64,000 nucleotides of DNA from a virus (Duplodnaviria; Caudoviricetes), in IMG/VR virus record IMGVR_UViG_3300033233_001970; one strand, given 5' to 3'. Shown here one piece after another: positions 20,525 through 31,646 of this stretch. Under the pieces are notes generated by a model. That model was not told the DNA's origin. It ran no database searches and saw only the letters and a list, made by a program, of their open reading frames with translations. The position numbers and the translations under genes were made by a program. The number at the start of each line of letters is the position of its first letter. The stretch's first letter is position 1.

Positions 20525-20947
20525 TCAGATTGTTTCTTTTGCGGGGTACGGCACGGGCTTGTCGCGCTCCGCGCGTAGCTCGCGCGCTCGCAAGATCGCC
20601 GTAGGCCCGCTCTTGCACTTCTCGACGCGCATGTGTTCGGCGGTTTTCTCGACGACGACACCGTACCAACGGTTGCGCGTTTTGTTTCCTCCGGCGAAGT
20701 ATGGCGCCTTGTCGGCTGCAAATTCGAGGGCGTCGAGAACACCGATTTGCTCGACCGCGAAGAGTCCTTCACCGCGCACTTTCGAAGCGAAACGGCGGGA
20801 GAGACCGCCTGGGCATGTGCCGTCAACATCGATGATGGCGAGGTAGTTGACGGCGCGCGTCGCGTGCAGCTCGTAGATGGGCGCCTGAAAGAGTACGCCG
20901 TTGATGACGGAAAGCGTGACGACGTCGCTAACTTGAGCTTCAGTCAT
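20525..20947 (-). CDS. hypothetical protein
   Basis: Operon packing, plausible composition. Confidence 0.6.
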   Translation of the reverse strand: MTEAQVSDVVTLSVINGVLFQAPIYELHATRAVNYLAIIDVDGTCPGGLSRRFASKVRGEGLFAVEQIGVLDALEFAADKAPYFAGGNKTRNRWYGVVVEKTAEHMRVEKCKSGPTAILRARELRAERDKPVPYPAKETI

Positions 20948-21338
20948 GATCATTCTCGTAAATTTCTTCACTGAGCTCGGGAAACAATTTGACGAGATCA
21001 TCGCGCACAAGCTCCTCTACGCGCTCGAAAGTCGCATTGAGTTTTCTGACGCGACCCTTGATGAGTTTCGCCGCCGCCTTGCGGATCACCTTGTCGCGCT
21101 CTACCCCGAGATTATCGAAGTGTCTCCGTATCGCGGCAAGCAAATGCCGTGGTGAAACCTCGATGCCGTTCACTTGCATGGCGATACGGAGCCCGCCCTC
21201 CGGGATATTCGGAATCGTTTCGCCCGTCGTTTCGTTGTGCGCGACAACGGCCGCGTAGAGGAGCCATTCCTCGTAATCGGAATTGCCTGCGGCGCGACTA
21301 AACAGCTCGCCGCGTTCGTTCTTTGGTTTTTCACTCAT
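20940..21338 (-). CDS. hypothetical protein
   Basis: GAGG RBS, overlapping neighbours. Confidence 0.6.
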   Translation of the reverse strand: MSEKPKNERGELFSRAAGNSDYEEWLLYAAVVAHNETTGETIPNIPEGGLRIAMQVNGIEVSPRHLLAAIRRHFDNLGVERDKVIRKAAAKLIKGRVRKLNATFERVEELVRDDLVKLFPELSEEIYENDHD

Positions 21339-21981
21339 CGATCGCCTCGCCGAATTTCGTGTCGTAAATTCGTTCGACCATTCTGCGATTGTCGAGCGGA
21401 ACGAGCGCGCCCATGTTCAGCGCGAACAACGCGCGGTAGATGGCAAGGACGTGCGGGCCGAGTGTTTTCGGACTTCGTTTCGCAAGCCAGCGCGCTTGAT
21501 CGATGGTTACGGTTCCAGGTTCCCAATCTTCGGGAATGTGGTCGAGCCTGAGAATCTTCTCGACGAAGTTCCACGCATCCGATGGCAAAATCTTTTGCGT
21601 AAAATCGAGTTGCGGTTCGAACGAATCGTACTCGGGCGGGTAGGGGTCGGTGTCCTCACGGAAATTGTTCCCGCCTTCGTCGTAATGATCGGACGGGCCG
21701 ATGTAAAGGTAGGGCTCGCCTCCTTCGAAGCACCATCGCGTCGGGTCGAGCACCTTACCGTCCGGCAGGAGCACCCATCCGTGCTGCACGAAGCCGGTTC
21801 CGCGCCCCGCGAACGTCGTTCCCTTCGCCACAGGGCCGCGCCAGTGCCCGTAGACGGCGACGCCTTCGACGAGACCGGCGGCAACGATGCGCGAGGCGAT
21901 TTCGAAGCAACGCGCCTTCCAGGCACTCGCAGGCTCACCGAGGGCCTTCTCGGCTTGTTTGAGGGTGGGTACCGTCCTCAT
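21331..21981 (-). CDS. hypothetical protein, transglutaminase/papain-like C-H-D pattern
   Basis: ARCFEIA...QHGWV...VLDPT. Confidence 0.55.
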   Translation of the reverse strand: MRTVPTLKQAEKALGEPASAWKARCFEIASRIVAAGLVEGVAVYGHWRGPVAKGTTFAGRGTGFVQHGWVLLPDGKVLDPTRWCFEGGEPYLYIGPSDHYDEGGNNFREDTDPYPPEYDSFEPQLDFTQKILPSDAWNFVEKILRLDHIPEDWEPGTVTIDQARWLAKRSPKTLGPHVLAIYRALFALNMGALVPLDNRRMVERIYDTKFGEAIDE

Positions 21982-22294
21982 TGTATGACTCCAGCGGCGC
22001 GGAGGATGTTGTCGCCAATTCCGACGAAACGATATGTTTCGCGGCGAAATCCGTATGCTTCGTGGACTCGCTTTACGAGAATAATCAGCTCGGGAGTGGA
22101 TTGCTGCGGATTGAAAGGAGTGCGAGCGCGCTCAATTGGTTCGCCAAGTTCCAATAATTCCTGTGCACGTTTGAGAATGGCGATCGGTTTCAACATGCGA
22201 CCGTTCTGCGTTTTTCCTATTTTAAGTTCGCACAACAGACGTCGGCGACGGCTTTCAGTACGACCGTCTGGTTTTGCATCAGTCTTTGGCAAGA

Positions 22295-22720
22295 TCATGA
22301 TTCGATCTTCTCGTAGCGCTCGAGGCTGTAGCCTTCGTGGTCACCACGATCGCGAATACACTCCCACGCCACGCGACCGTCCTTGTCGCGCAACGCTTTC
22401 TCGATGGACTCGTAGTCCTCGACGCTATCTTGGTAGTCGCGCAGCGCGCGCTTGTACTCGCGAAGCTTTTGCGCTGCTGCCGGTTGAAGGCTTTTCGGGA
22501 GCGTCGCGATCTGCTCCTCAGTAACGTCCGGTGCTTCGGGTTTTTCTTTTGGTTCCGGTTTGTAGTACCAATAGCCTTCCGCGTTGCGTTCCGTGAGTAC
22601 GTGAAGTGCTACAGCGAAGAGCGTTTCATCGTTCGGCACATGAAAGTACCGTTCGCCGTGCTTCTCATTGAAGACGAGCACCTGCGGTTCGCGAATGATC
22701 GTTTTATCTTTTGTCGCCAT
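22295..22720 (-). CDS. hypothetical protein
   Basis: LVFNEKHGERYF; operon packing. Confidence 0.6.
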   Translation of the reverse strand: MATKDKTIIREPQVLVFNEKHGERYFHVPNDETLFAVALHVLTERNAEGYWYYKPEPKEKPEAPDVTEEQIATLPKSLQPAAAQKLREYKRALRDYQDSVEDYESIEKALRDKDGRVAWECIRDRGDHEGYSLERYEKIES

Positions 22721-23513
22721 TGTTTTTCCCGGATCTGTTTTTCTTCGGAATCGGTCCTTCGCCACGAATCCACGCCCGGAGATCGTCCAGCGTGACCCAC
22801 GCCGAATTGTTGTTTTGCTGATCCATCGGATTGAGCCAGAAGGTGAGCTTCCCTTTTTCTCGTCGCGGACTGAGAGCGAACCAGCCCTTTCCCGCTTTTC
22901 TGAGCTCGGCTTCGATGCCGGTGGCCTCGACTTCTTTTTTGATCTCGTCCCGATCCTTGTCGATCGTGTACCAGTTGTCCGTGACGGATTTTTCGAGACG
23001 CGAAACGATGCCGATGGCGAATCCTGCGTTCTGAAACACGCCACCACCACCGAGCCATATCGCCGCGTCGAGGCGCATGAGCGCGTCATAGATTTCGCGA
23101 AGACGTCTGATCTTTTTCTCCTCGTCATCGATCGCGAACGCGCCGAAATCACCCTCGCTCCAGCCCGTCGCGAGAGGATTTTCTTTGTCTTCTCCGCACA
23201 GAACGATTTCTCGATCGCTCGGCTCCGTCTTCTCGTACCTGTGCTCGTACCACACGCCCGAAAATTTCTTTTTCGTGTACGGGTCGCGCCATTTCGCGCG
23301 GTAGTTTCTTTCGCCGGCATACCACCGAAGATCGTCAGGCACTTTGCGAACGATGCGTCGGTCGAGCCCGTAGGGTTCGTCCTGCATCTCGAAGGCTCGA
23401 CGAATATTCTTGATTCCCCATTCGTGTTCGGCGCACTGATCCGAGCCGAGATTTATGGCGACGGTGTTGCCGTGTTTGTCGAGCAAAAATCCGTTGCGGT
23501 AGCCTCGCCTCAT
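22704..23513 (-). CDS. conserved phage hypothetical protein
   Basis: GGAAGAG RBS; NLGSDQCAEHEWGI, FWLNPMDQQNNNSAW. Confidence 0.7.
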   Translation of the reverse strand: MRRGYRNGFLLDKHGNTVAINLGSDQCAEHEWGIKNIRRAFEMQDEPYGLDRRIVRKVPDDLRWYAGERNYRAKWRDPYTKKKFSGVWYEHRYEKTEPSDREIVLCGEDKENPLATGWSEGDFGAFAIDDEEKKIRRLREIYDALMRLDAAIWLGGGGVFQNAGFAIGIVSRLEKSVTDNWYTIDKDRDEIKKEVEATGIEAELRKAGKGWFALSPRREKGKLTFWLNPMDQQNNNSAWVTLDDLRAWIRGEGPIPKKNRSGKNNGDKR

Positions 23514-24711
23514 GGCTCTTCCACCTCTGTAGATACCTCGTGATGAAAGGTATCGACGATGGCCGGACCGTCCCCACTCAGCAAACCGTTGCTGACGGCA
23601 TGGGCGACGAGATCGTTCAACAGTTCTTTGGCGTCCGATGGATGACCGCCGTCGTACCAAACCGTCAGTTCCAATTTTGCTTTGACGCGCATGTGTCCAC
23701 CTTTCGGCTTTGGTTCGACGCCTACGGAATCAACGAGATCGGCACAGTTACGTAGCTCTACACATTTTCGACGCGCGATCTTTCTTGTAGCGAACGGCCC
23801 GAATCTACGTGTGGAAATCGATGCGTACAAACTAGGTCGCGCAATCCAAGGAGAAGATGGACGCCTCGCCTCGAAGCAGATGAAATATTGCATCGATTAC
23901 GTCTTCACGTCGGCTTCGTAGCCAGGTTCGGATTCGAACGCGCTCGCGTACTTGTCGCCCATGTCGTCGTCCACCATGGGCACGAGCCCACGTTTGTCGA
24001 TTTCGTGACGAAGACGATTGATGGCGTTCTCTTCGGTATCCGCTTCGACGAGCGCGACAACGGAAACCACGACGTTCCAGATTTTCATTGTCTCCTACTC
24101 CTATCGGTAAGGACTAAACAATGGCGACCATCCTGCTGGTGGAGGAAGCGGCCAAAAAGGATTGATCATGAATCCGCAGGCCCAACGAACAGGAACGCCT
24201 TCGACGTGAAGCGTTTTCTTGAACCATCCTTTAGACTCGTAAGCGATGGCAATTTGATCGCATCGCGAGCACCGCGCGATGACACGCATAGGCCATCTGC
24301 GGCCGATGATGAACTGATGACCGAGTGTTTTCTGCACCTTATCGAGAATCTGGCGCACACGTTCCTCGAGCACATCTTCCGCGCTCGGCGGTAGAGGTTG
24401 ATGAACTGTACCCATCGTATCGATGACGTTCATCTGCGCCTCATCTTCTCTAGGCGCGTCGCCTCTTTGGTCGAAAGTGTTGACGTGTGACGTGAAGATG
24501 CGACGGCATCTAAACTGATGTCGCGAAGCATTCGCGTCAGCGCGCGATAGATGTTTGCACGGCGTAGTAAGAGACTGCGCTCGTCAGGGAACGCAAAGTA
24601 CGCCATGTCTCTCGCGAGGTTTTCGCATAGGACAAGCAGATCGGTTACCGAAAACTCTCTGACGTTCTTCGCAAACTGTGATCGAGGTCGGTCCGGCGGC
24701 GATTTCATGAT

Positions 24712-25134
24712 TCACCCGTACCGAATTTCGCCGAGGAGTGCGAGCTGCACGACAACGTCCTCACGTATGGAGTCGACGCCTTCGTACCACTCGACGCCCC
24801 ACCGCTTCACGCCCTCGTGCCACGCCTTGATGGCGGCGGCCTTATCGAGACGAAACCACTTGTCGGGAAGAGGTTTGCCCTCACGCCATGCTTTGAGGAT
24901 GGCTTCGTATTCGGGGTGCCGTTCCGCGACATCGCGCGCGCTTCTGTAGATCGCGCCATCGTCGTGCTCGAAACAGAGCCAACCACGATCCTGCGTGCGC
25001 TCCATTCCCATCATCCAATAGCCGCAGTAATTGTAGCCGAAGATATCCGTATTTTGAGTGAGGTACGGCACCCAAAGGGGATCGATTTCGGTTTCGATCG
25101 TGACGGTTGTGATGAGCTTTTTGACGGCGTTCAT
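24712..25134 (-). CDS. hypothetical phage protein
   Basis: Ends DVVVQLALLGEIRYG; ATGA coupling. Confidence 0.65.
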   Translation of the reverse strand: MNAVKKLITTVTIETEIDPLWVPYLTQNTDIFGYNYCGYWMMGMERTQDRGWLCFEHDDGAIYRSARDVAERHPEYEAILKAWREGKPLPDKWFRLDKAAAIKAWHEGVKRWGVEWYEGVDSIREDVVVQLALLGEIRYG

Positions 25135-25366
25135 CGCTTTGCCTTTCGTTTCGAGGTCGTAGCCAAGAGTTGCGAATCGGATCGAATTCGCTTCGCCTGT
25201 TCATCGATTTGCATTCGTAGCGTGCGTACCTGTATTTCCTGATCTTCGTATTTCTGGCGATACGGCTCGGTTTCGCGAAGTTGCTTTTCTCGAATTTCCG
25301 CTTCTTTTGTGAGCGTGTCGATTTTCTCGCCGAGCGCGAGAAGGAGAGCGGAGACGGCGGGAGTGA

Positions 25367-25603
25367 TCACTTCTTTGTCCTTGCAGCTACTTCTTTAGGC
25401 GGAAGTAACCGTTCGGCCTCCTGCACGATGAGCGCCCTCACGAACGTCGTCGGACTCATGAGCGGTGGGAGATCCATGCGCCGCATCTGGTCGTTCTTGT
25501 GCTGCACGCACAGCAACAGCAGCTCGTACTCGTACTGGGTCAGTCGGAACGATAGGTTCCGGCTGCCCACGGTGTTTCGATCTTTGCGTGGAGGTCTCGG
25601 CAT
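25367..25603 (-). CDS. ribbon-helix-helix-like DNA-binding protein
   Basis: MPRPPRK...LSFRLTQYEYELL...SPTTFVRALIVQEA. Confidence 0.6.
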   Translation of the reverse strand: MPRPPRKDRNTVGSRNLSFRLTQYEYELLLLCVQHKNDQMRRMDLPPLMSPTTFVRALIVQEAERLLPPKEVAARTKK

Positions 25604-26319
25604 TATGACGCCTTCTTCTTTTTCGATTTCTTCGCGGCTGGCAGCGCTTTCGGTTTTTTCGTGACGAGCACAGGCGGAGCCTCTACGGCGTCGAGATCCT
25701 TAGACTCCTCCTCCTCCTCCTCGTCACGGAGCACCGATAGGAATTCTTTCTTCGTCGGCAACTTGTCGAGCGAGAACGTGGCGCGGTGACGCACAGGAAA
25801 GTACGTCCCGACCGACGTTTCTTCGATCGGAAAGTCGGCGAACCGTTCGCCAGCGGGCAGCGGTTTCTTGTTGAATCCCTGGTACGCTTCGAGCGTTTTC
25901 TTGTCGAGATCGAGAACGTATGCCCATTCGCAGTAAAGCGATTCGCTTGCGAAGGTGATTTGGTCTCTTGTGAGCACTTTACCCGTGGCTTCGTGGACGA
26001 GCTCCAGAATCTTCGCCCCGTGGTCGCGCGAGAAGTAAGGCCACTTTTCGTCGAACTGATCTGCTTGAGGAAACGTGACGAATTCACCGTTGACGCCCGG
26101 AATCGTTTTCCAGAATTCCTTGTGCTCTTCGTCCGAGACGAATCGAACTTGCTCGAGCTTTTTCTTGAACGCTTCCCGACCCTCGTCATTCGAGAGATGG
26201 GCACGTGCGAACTCGAGCGCAACCACGCCCTGGCCGCTGGGGTAGTGATCCCATTGCCCATACTGCGCGATTCTGTACGTGCCGTCCGCCATGACGGCCG
26301 TGAGACCTCGTGTGCCCAT
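25603..26319 (-). CDS. conserved phage protein (MGTRG...QWDHYPSGQG family)
   Basis: GAGGG RBS; MGTRGL, YGQWDHYPSGQG, CEWAYVLDLD. Confidence 0.75.
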   Translation of the reverse strand: MGTRGLTAVMADGTYRIAQYGQWDHYPSGQGVVALEFARAHLSNDEGREAFKKKLEQVRFVSDEEHKEFWKTIPGVNGEFVTFPQADQFDEKWPYFSRDHGAKILELVHEATGKVLTRDQITFASESLYCEWAYVLDLDKKTLEAYQGFNKKPLPAGERFADFPIEETSVGTYFPVRHRATFSLDKLPTKKEFLSVLRDEEEEEESKDLDAVEAPPVLVTKKPKALPAAKKSKKKKAS

Positions 26320-26542
26320 GATTTTTCCCTCAGAAGCCGCGTTTGTTTGCGGAAACGTCAAGCGACCAACTGCCGACGCCATCTAGTCCAACGATTCCTG
26401 ACGTATAACCCTCGCGAAGCTTTGCGGTTAGGTTGCTTCGGCAAGTTGATTCAAAAGGTTGTCGAGCCGCGCCTGTAATTCGGGACGTTTTCCGAAAGCG
26501 TCGCCGCTCAGCTCACCGGCCGGCTTGACGACCGTGACCTGT

Positions 26543-26866
26543 TCACCGTTGACCCTTACACTGTGCGTCCACTCGGGCGCCAGCACGGTCGCCACGCTCG
26601 GGCGACTCGAACGAGGGCTCAAACCCGTGGCGCGCGAGGCAGGCTGCAACGCGCCCGACGAAGGTCGCATCCCCAGGCATTGTTCGACGAGGTCTCTTCC
26701 CGAACTTCGTGTGGGTTTCGACAAGCTCGACCAGGCCGTGCGCCAGCCACGTCTTGAGCTCGGGTTCCAGTCGTGGCGTCGCGCGCTCCAAGGTCACAAT
26801 CCCATCGTCGTCGCGAAGTGCCGCGACCTCTTCACCGCCAGTGGTCCGAACGATCAACCGCATCAT
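26543..26866 (-). CDS. hypothetical protein inside the duplicated cassette
   Basis: AAGGTG upstream; globular composition. Confidence 0.55.
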   Translation of the reverse strand: MMRLIVRTTGGEEVAALRDDDGIVTLERATPRLEPELKTWLAHGLVELVETHTKFGKRPRRTMPGDATFVGRVAACLARHGFEPSFESPERGDRAGARVDAQCKGQR

Positions 26867-27062
26867 CTCAACACCTTGTAGAGCGTCACTAGTGAGGGTA
26901 ACCGCGACGAGTTTTCGAGCAAGGTCTTGTCGCGTTCAGCGTAGCGCACGGGAGCTGCGGATCGGTCGTCGGCCGGCCGTGAGCGCGGCGTAGGCCGTGG
27001 TTTCGCGCCCGTCTTTGGCGCTCACGATGGCTTCTAGCTGCTCTCGCGTCATACGTGTCCCA

Positions 27063-27091
27063 TTAGTAATACACGGCCTAGAGGCTGTCAA
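27063..27091 (-). promoter_or_regulatory. sigma70-type promoter TTGACA-N17-TACTAA
   Basis: Perfect -35, 17-nt spacing; ATG 11 nt downstream of the -10. Confidence 0.65.
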
Positions 27092-27283
27092 TACCGTCAG
27101 TCGACGCGACGGCGACCTCGCCCCACCTTCGTTCGATCGCATCTGCGGTTAGTCGAGCGCTGCGAATGAGTACGTCGTTCGGTGGGATACTCGGGTCTGT
27201 GTTGTTTGCGCACTCGCGCATCCATGCAACGATTTCTCGAACGACGCGCGCCTGCGGAGTTTCTCTGTACGGTGAGACCACCA

Positions 27284-27544
27284 TCACCGAAATCTTTTCG
27301 GCATGTACTTGTCGGATATGATGATCCCGAAGTGCTCTTCCATTTTCGACTGAAACACACGCCAGTCGTCGAGCGTGACCGTGCTGTGCGTGCAGTAGAG
27401 GCACTCGCCGTGCTCTTGCTGCTCGGTCATGGGTCGGTGAACGTCGATTCCGTTTTTGCCGAAGCGGCCGAGCAGTCCAGCTTCTCCGTTGACCCAAACG
27501 GTCACGCCGTCTGAAAGAATGTCGTAGAGCTCGACGCGGTTCAT
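27284..27544 (-). CDS. hypothetical protein
   Basis: VTVWVNGEAGLLGRFGKNGIDVH...CLYCTH. Confidence 0.6.
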   Translation of the reverse strand: MNRVELYDILSDGVTVWVNGEAGLLGRFGKNGIDVHRPMTEQQEHGECLYCTHSTVTLDDWRVFQSKMEEHFGIIISDKYMPKRFR

Positions 27545-27641
27545 CGCGCGACCGCCGAGGTTAGAGAGCACGCCGCCGCCAGCGCCGCGAAAGCGAGCGC
27601 TAGCGCGAGTAGGTTCGCGTAGAGGAGGTTTGGATCGCGTT

Positions 27642-27857
27642 TCATTCTTCGTGCAGCTCCTCGGGCCACGCTTCGATCTCCGTACCATCCTCGAACCGGA
27701 TGGCATACATCGGCAGCGCCTCCGCGTCGTGATTTTCGTCCGGCTCACTGATGACGCGCAAAACCTCGCACCATTGGCCGTCGCGGTCGGCGTGTTGCGT
27801 GTACGGAGTACGAAACGTCAGATTCGTGACAGATTGCGAATTACGCATCGTCATCAT
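27642..27857 (-). CDS. small SH3-like hypothetical protein
   Basis: GQWCEVLRVI...MYAIRFEDGTEIEAWPEEL. Confidence 0.6.
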   Translation of the reverse strand: MMTMRNSQSVTNLTFRTPYTQHADRDGQWCEVLRVISEPDENHDAEALPMYAIRFEDGTEIEAWPEELHEE

Positions 27858-28146
27858 CCTCGCGACGAAGGTTCCCGAGCGCGTCTGTGAGGTCGGACAT
27901 GTGATGGATGTGTCTTTCCGCCGTTTGGAGCGCGTCGTCGATTTTCTCCTCCGGTGTGAGATTGCGCCATCCGATCGTCATGCCTTTCGCGCGCTCTTCT
28001 TCCGTAGGATCTCGGCCGCGCTGCTTGTTACTACGCACGATCGCGCCGGTTGTTGCGAGCGCGAGCCAGTAGGCGGCGTAGCTTCTATGAATCTCGAATT
28101 GATTTTCGAGCCGTTTGATGTGGCGTTCGCGTTCTTTAGGCTGCAC
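27841..28146 (-). CDS. hypothetical protein
   Basis: Operon packing. Confidence 0.55.
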   Translation of the reverse strand: MQPKERERHIKRLENQFEIHRSYAAYWLALATTGAIVRSNKQRGRDPTEEERAKGMTIGWRNLTPEEKIDDALQTAERHIHHMSDLTDALGNLRREDDDDA

Positions 28147-28847
28147 TTTTCTTTTCCCTCACTCTCACGCACGCACTCTTGTGTTCGGGCGGGTAGCCCG
28201 CGAGCTCCCATGCTCCAGGTTTGCGATCAGGCAGCACTTCGACGGTTGTTACGCTCGCGCCGCTTTCGTCGCGCAGACCGAGGTACACGTTGACGGTGCA
28301 GCCAGGCGCTTCGATGTGAAGCACTTGATCGTTTTTCGTGGCGCGGATTGTACGAAGGCGGCTCATAAGCGTACCGGCCTTTCAGATTCGCTCGCGAGCT
28401 TCCGCGCGGCGTCGAGGTTGACGGGCTTTGTTGTGCTCATCGCGACCTCTTGCAGCACTTCGCCTTCGAGCCCGCAGTGCAGAGCCGGTGGATGTGATCG
28501 GCTCGTACGTCCAGCCGTTCCGCACTTCGTTCTAGCGTGGCCGCTGACTGCGCAGCTTCGGTGCGCACGCGGTTCGCTTCCGTGCGTAAGTCTGCGGCGG
28601 CTGCACGCCATTGCCGAACCTCCTCGCGATGGTCGTAGGCGGGATGGTCGGCGCCCGCACTTCGGCCACGTACCCCGGATCGCGTCATCACCTCACCTCT
28701 TTCTCTTGATCGAACGGCTTGCGCGCCATCGGGCGCGATGTCCACGATCGGCATCGTGAACTGCGCAGGCAGACAGCGCGGACTGTTGAAAAAATCTACG
28801 TAGCCCTCATCCATGCATTCGCCGCGAATTTGCTCGAAACGTCGCAC

Positions 28848-29093
28848 CGCCGCTCAGCTCACCGGCCGGCTTGACGACCGTGACCTGTTCACCGTTGACC
28901 CTTACACTGTGCGTCCACTCGGGCGCCAGCACGGTCGCCAGGGTGAGCGCGGCGTAGGCCGTGGTTTCGCGCCCGTCTTTGGCGCTCACGATGGCTTCTA
29001 GCTGCTCTCGCGTCATACGTGTCCCATTAGTAATACACGGCCTAGAGGCTGTCAATACCGTCAGTCGACGCGACGGCGACCTCGCCCCACCTT
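28848..29093. repeat. Copy 2 (contiguous) of duplicated promoter cassette
   Basis: Identical to 26502-26594 plus 26979-27129 joined by GG. Confidence 0.9.
29027..29055 (-). promoter_or_regulatory. sigma70-type promoter TTGACA-N17-TACTAA (duplicate)
   Basis: Identical to 27063-27091. Confidence 0.65.
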
Positions 29094-30169
29094 GCGTGAG
29101 GTGATCGAGAGTCGAGCAGCCTGGGAAATAGCGCATGGTTTGCTCGATTTCGCGAGCTTCCTCGGGTGCGCATTTGGTCGCTTCGATGATGAGTTGTGAA
29201 TAGATTCTCATTCGTCCTCGTACTCCCCCAATTCCTTCCAATCGCTGCCGTCGTCCTCTTCCGGTTTCCATCCCGGAGGGCCAAGGTATTTCTCTTCCAT
29301 CGATTTCAGCCAATCGAATAGCGGTTGGTTCTGGTAGCTGGCCGGATACACATCCGTACAAGCCGTTTCTTGGAGGTGAAACCACGTCCCGAACGGCGAG
29401 AATGATTTCGGATCGGGATCGTTCTTACGAAAATCGACGAGAACCTTGCAATTCTTGCATCGGGCCGGTTCGCTTTGCTCTGTAGAGATGTGATTCGGTA
29501 ACTCGTCCGGCAATTCTTCCCACGGAATCGCCGTACCCACAGTGAGGCTCGTCTCCCAGTGGTATTCGACGTCGAGCCGAAGACCGAACTTGCGGCGAAG
29601 CCCTACGAAACCTCGGACGTCTTTGCTAAAGACGGCGATCGGCCCAAAGTTTCGTGTATCGACGCGGTACAGCCGTCGATCCTTGCACCGGTCGAGCGGG
29701 ATGCGATCCAGGGTTCCGCTTTCGTTGCGGTAGTACAAACTGCGCCTCACTGAAAATTCGGGTTGCCTTCTTTGTATTTCTTGACGGCTTCCGCAGGAGT
29801 GAACCCATCGTCGAAGCAGTAGAACCAGCACGGATCTTCGACGAGCTTTGCCGTTGCGTTCTGATCGATCCCGAGTAGCTCGCCGCACTCTTTGATGAAG
29901 CGGAAGAATCGATCGCGGTGCGCCGCGCGTAGTTGATCGATCACGGTTCGCCTCCAGCCTTGATCGACGAGTGAATCGGTGGGCAGAGGACGACACCTTT
30001 TCGATCGATTCCTGTTCCCGTCAAAATGCCCAAAACATCATCAGGTCGTCGCGAGGAGGGAAGCCCTCTTCGCGGTCGCTCCCGAGAGCGAGTGACATTT
30101 TGAGGCACGGCATCGTCCAGCACGTAGAAGCGTCACGGCGGCACCACGGACATTTGCCCCAAATGGGAA

Positions 30170-30991
30170 TCACGATGCCGACTTCTTCTTTTCCAGCGAC
30201 CGCATGAGAAGCTCGGCGAGATCGACGACGCCGACGCTCGCGATCCCAGGCCCCTTCGCCGCAGAGGGCACGCCATCGCCCGCGCCGTCCACGATATCGC
30301 CCGCCGCCGCCTTGGCGTCCGCCGCTTCTTCGACGGAAGCGCGGTAGGTATCGATGAGCTTTGTGGGATCGAATGCCGAGGTCAATTCGTCCACGAGCTT
30401 CTCGGCCATTTCACGCTCACGCTCGGTGATGTTTTTGACATCGGGTCGCGCCAGCGTTTCCGAGCTCACGATTTCTTCCGGGTAGCGCATCGTTTCGATG
30501 GCGAAAAATCCGTCCCTTGCACGCAAAAGACCGAGCCTTGGTTTTGTCCGTAATTTGATCTTCACGAGCGCAGCGCGCCCCGTGTCCGCCAAAACCATCC
30601 GCAAAAGCTCGAAACCTCGAGCGCTCTTCGGACTCTTTCCGCCCGGAGCGATCCAATAGCTTTTCTCGAAGTACGCGGAATCGACCTCGTTTGGATCGAC
30701 GAACTGCACGATTTCGATCGAGCCTTTCGTCTCCTCGCCGCCATCCATTTCGGCAAGCTCTTCTTTCGTGAAGAAAGCGTACTTGCCATCGCCGATCTCG
30801 TAGCCCTTACCAATCTCCTCCCACGGCACATCGACCGCGCAGGATGCGCAGCGCCGGATCAGATTGATCCGCGTTCCACAAATGGTGTGAAGCTGGTTGA
30901 ACTTCGGGGCGAGATCCTTCGTCGCGCTGTAGAGCTTGACGGGGATCGTCACCATTCCAAACACGATGTCTCCGGTCCAAAATGCTCTCAT
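30170..30991 (-). CDS. ku: Ku DNA end-binding protein (NHEJ)
   Basis: MRAFWTGDIVFGMVTIPVKLYSAT...FNQLH...KGYEIGDGKY...IEIVQFVDPNEVDSAYFEKSYWIAP...VVDLAELLMRSL. Confidence 0.95.
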   Translation of the reverse strand: MRAFWTGDIVFGMVTIPVKLYSATKDLAPKFNQLHTICGTRINLIRRCASCAVDVPWEEIGKGYEIGDGKYAFFTKEELAEMDGGEETKGSIEIVQFVDPNEVDSAYFEKSYWIAPGGKSPKSARGFELLRMVLADTGRAALVKIKLRTKPRLGLLRARDGFFAIETMRYPEEIVSSETLARPDVKNITEREREMAEKLVDELTSAFDPTKLIDTYRASVEEAADAKAAAGDIVDGAGDGVPSAAKGPGIASVGVVDLAELLMRSLEKKKSAS

Positions 30992-31244
30992 TGGTTTTCT
31001 CCTTCGCTTTTTCCCAATGCGCTTTCGATGACGTGAGCGACGCGCTTTTCGAGATTCTTGATTTCTCGGTAGTACGCCTCTCGCGCCCGACTGAACTCGT
31101 CGTATTTTTCGCGATTTTGCGTTCCGTCTTCGTTTGTGACGCCAGCGTCGTTCGGGAACGTCGGCCATACGAGTCCGCGCACGGTGCAGCGCACGTCGGC
31201 GCCTCCGTCTGCGTGAAGCTTTACGAAGCAAACTTGATCGATTT

Positions 31245-31646
31245 TCATTTGATATCCTTGAGCGTGCCGGCGACTCGAACAGCGCGTTTCTCCGAGCGCC
31301 GTTTTTGTGCCTCTTTTGAGCGATGCTTCCCGACTTTCTTTTTCGGGATGAACGCCTGACTTCCCCACGGCGTATGCTTCGCGAGCTTGCTTTGCTTGGC
31401 AGCTTTGCGCGCCTTGAGAAATGCTTCGCGGATTGTGTGTCCGTAGAAGAATGCTTTGGGCATGTACGAATACCCGAGCGCGACGACCCAAATGTTGCCG
31501 TGACCGCGATCGATCTGCGCAGGTGTTGGCTTGACGCCGAAGTTCTTCATGCTCGCGACGTCGGCGAGAACGCGATTGATCTGCGTTCCCGGCGCCGTGC
31601 TCGGTTCGAGCTTGGCGATTTCGCAGTCGATGTTCCATTTCATCAT
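31245..31646 (-). CDS. basic hypothetical protein
   Basis: GGAG RBS, ATGA coupling. Confidence 0.55.
   Translation of the reverse strand: MMKWNIDCEIAKLEPSTAPGTQINRVLADVASMKNFGVKPTPAQIDRGHGNIWVVALGYSYMPKAFFYGHTIREAFLKARKAAKQSKLAKHTPWGSQAFIPKKKVGKHRSKEAQKRRSEKRAVRVAGTLKDIK

Larger units (their letters stand above)
26502..27129. repeat. Copy 1 of duplicated promoter cassette (blocks 26502-26594 and 26979-27129, separated by 384 bp)
   Basis: 93-bp and 151-bp blocks identical to 28848-28940 and 28943-29093. Confidence 0.9.

Noticed and set aside
25871-25881. 11-nt matches of tail spacers (TTGAATCCCTG here; TTCACGATTCC at 39591)
   Set aside because: Matches of this length are expected by chance in 64 kb given the number of spacers.
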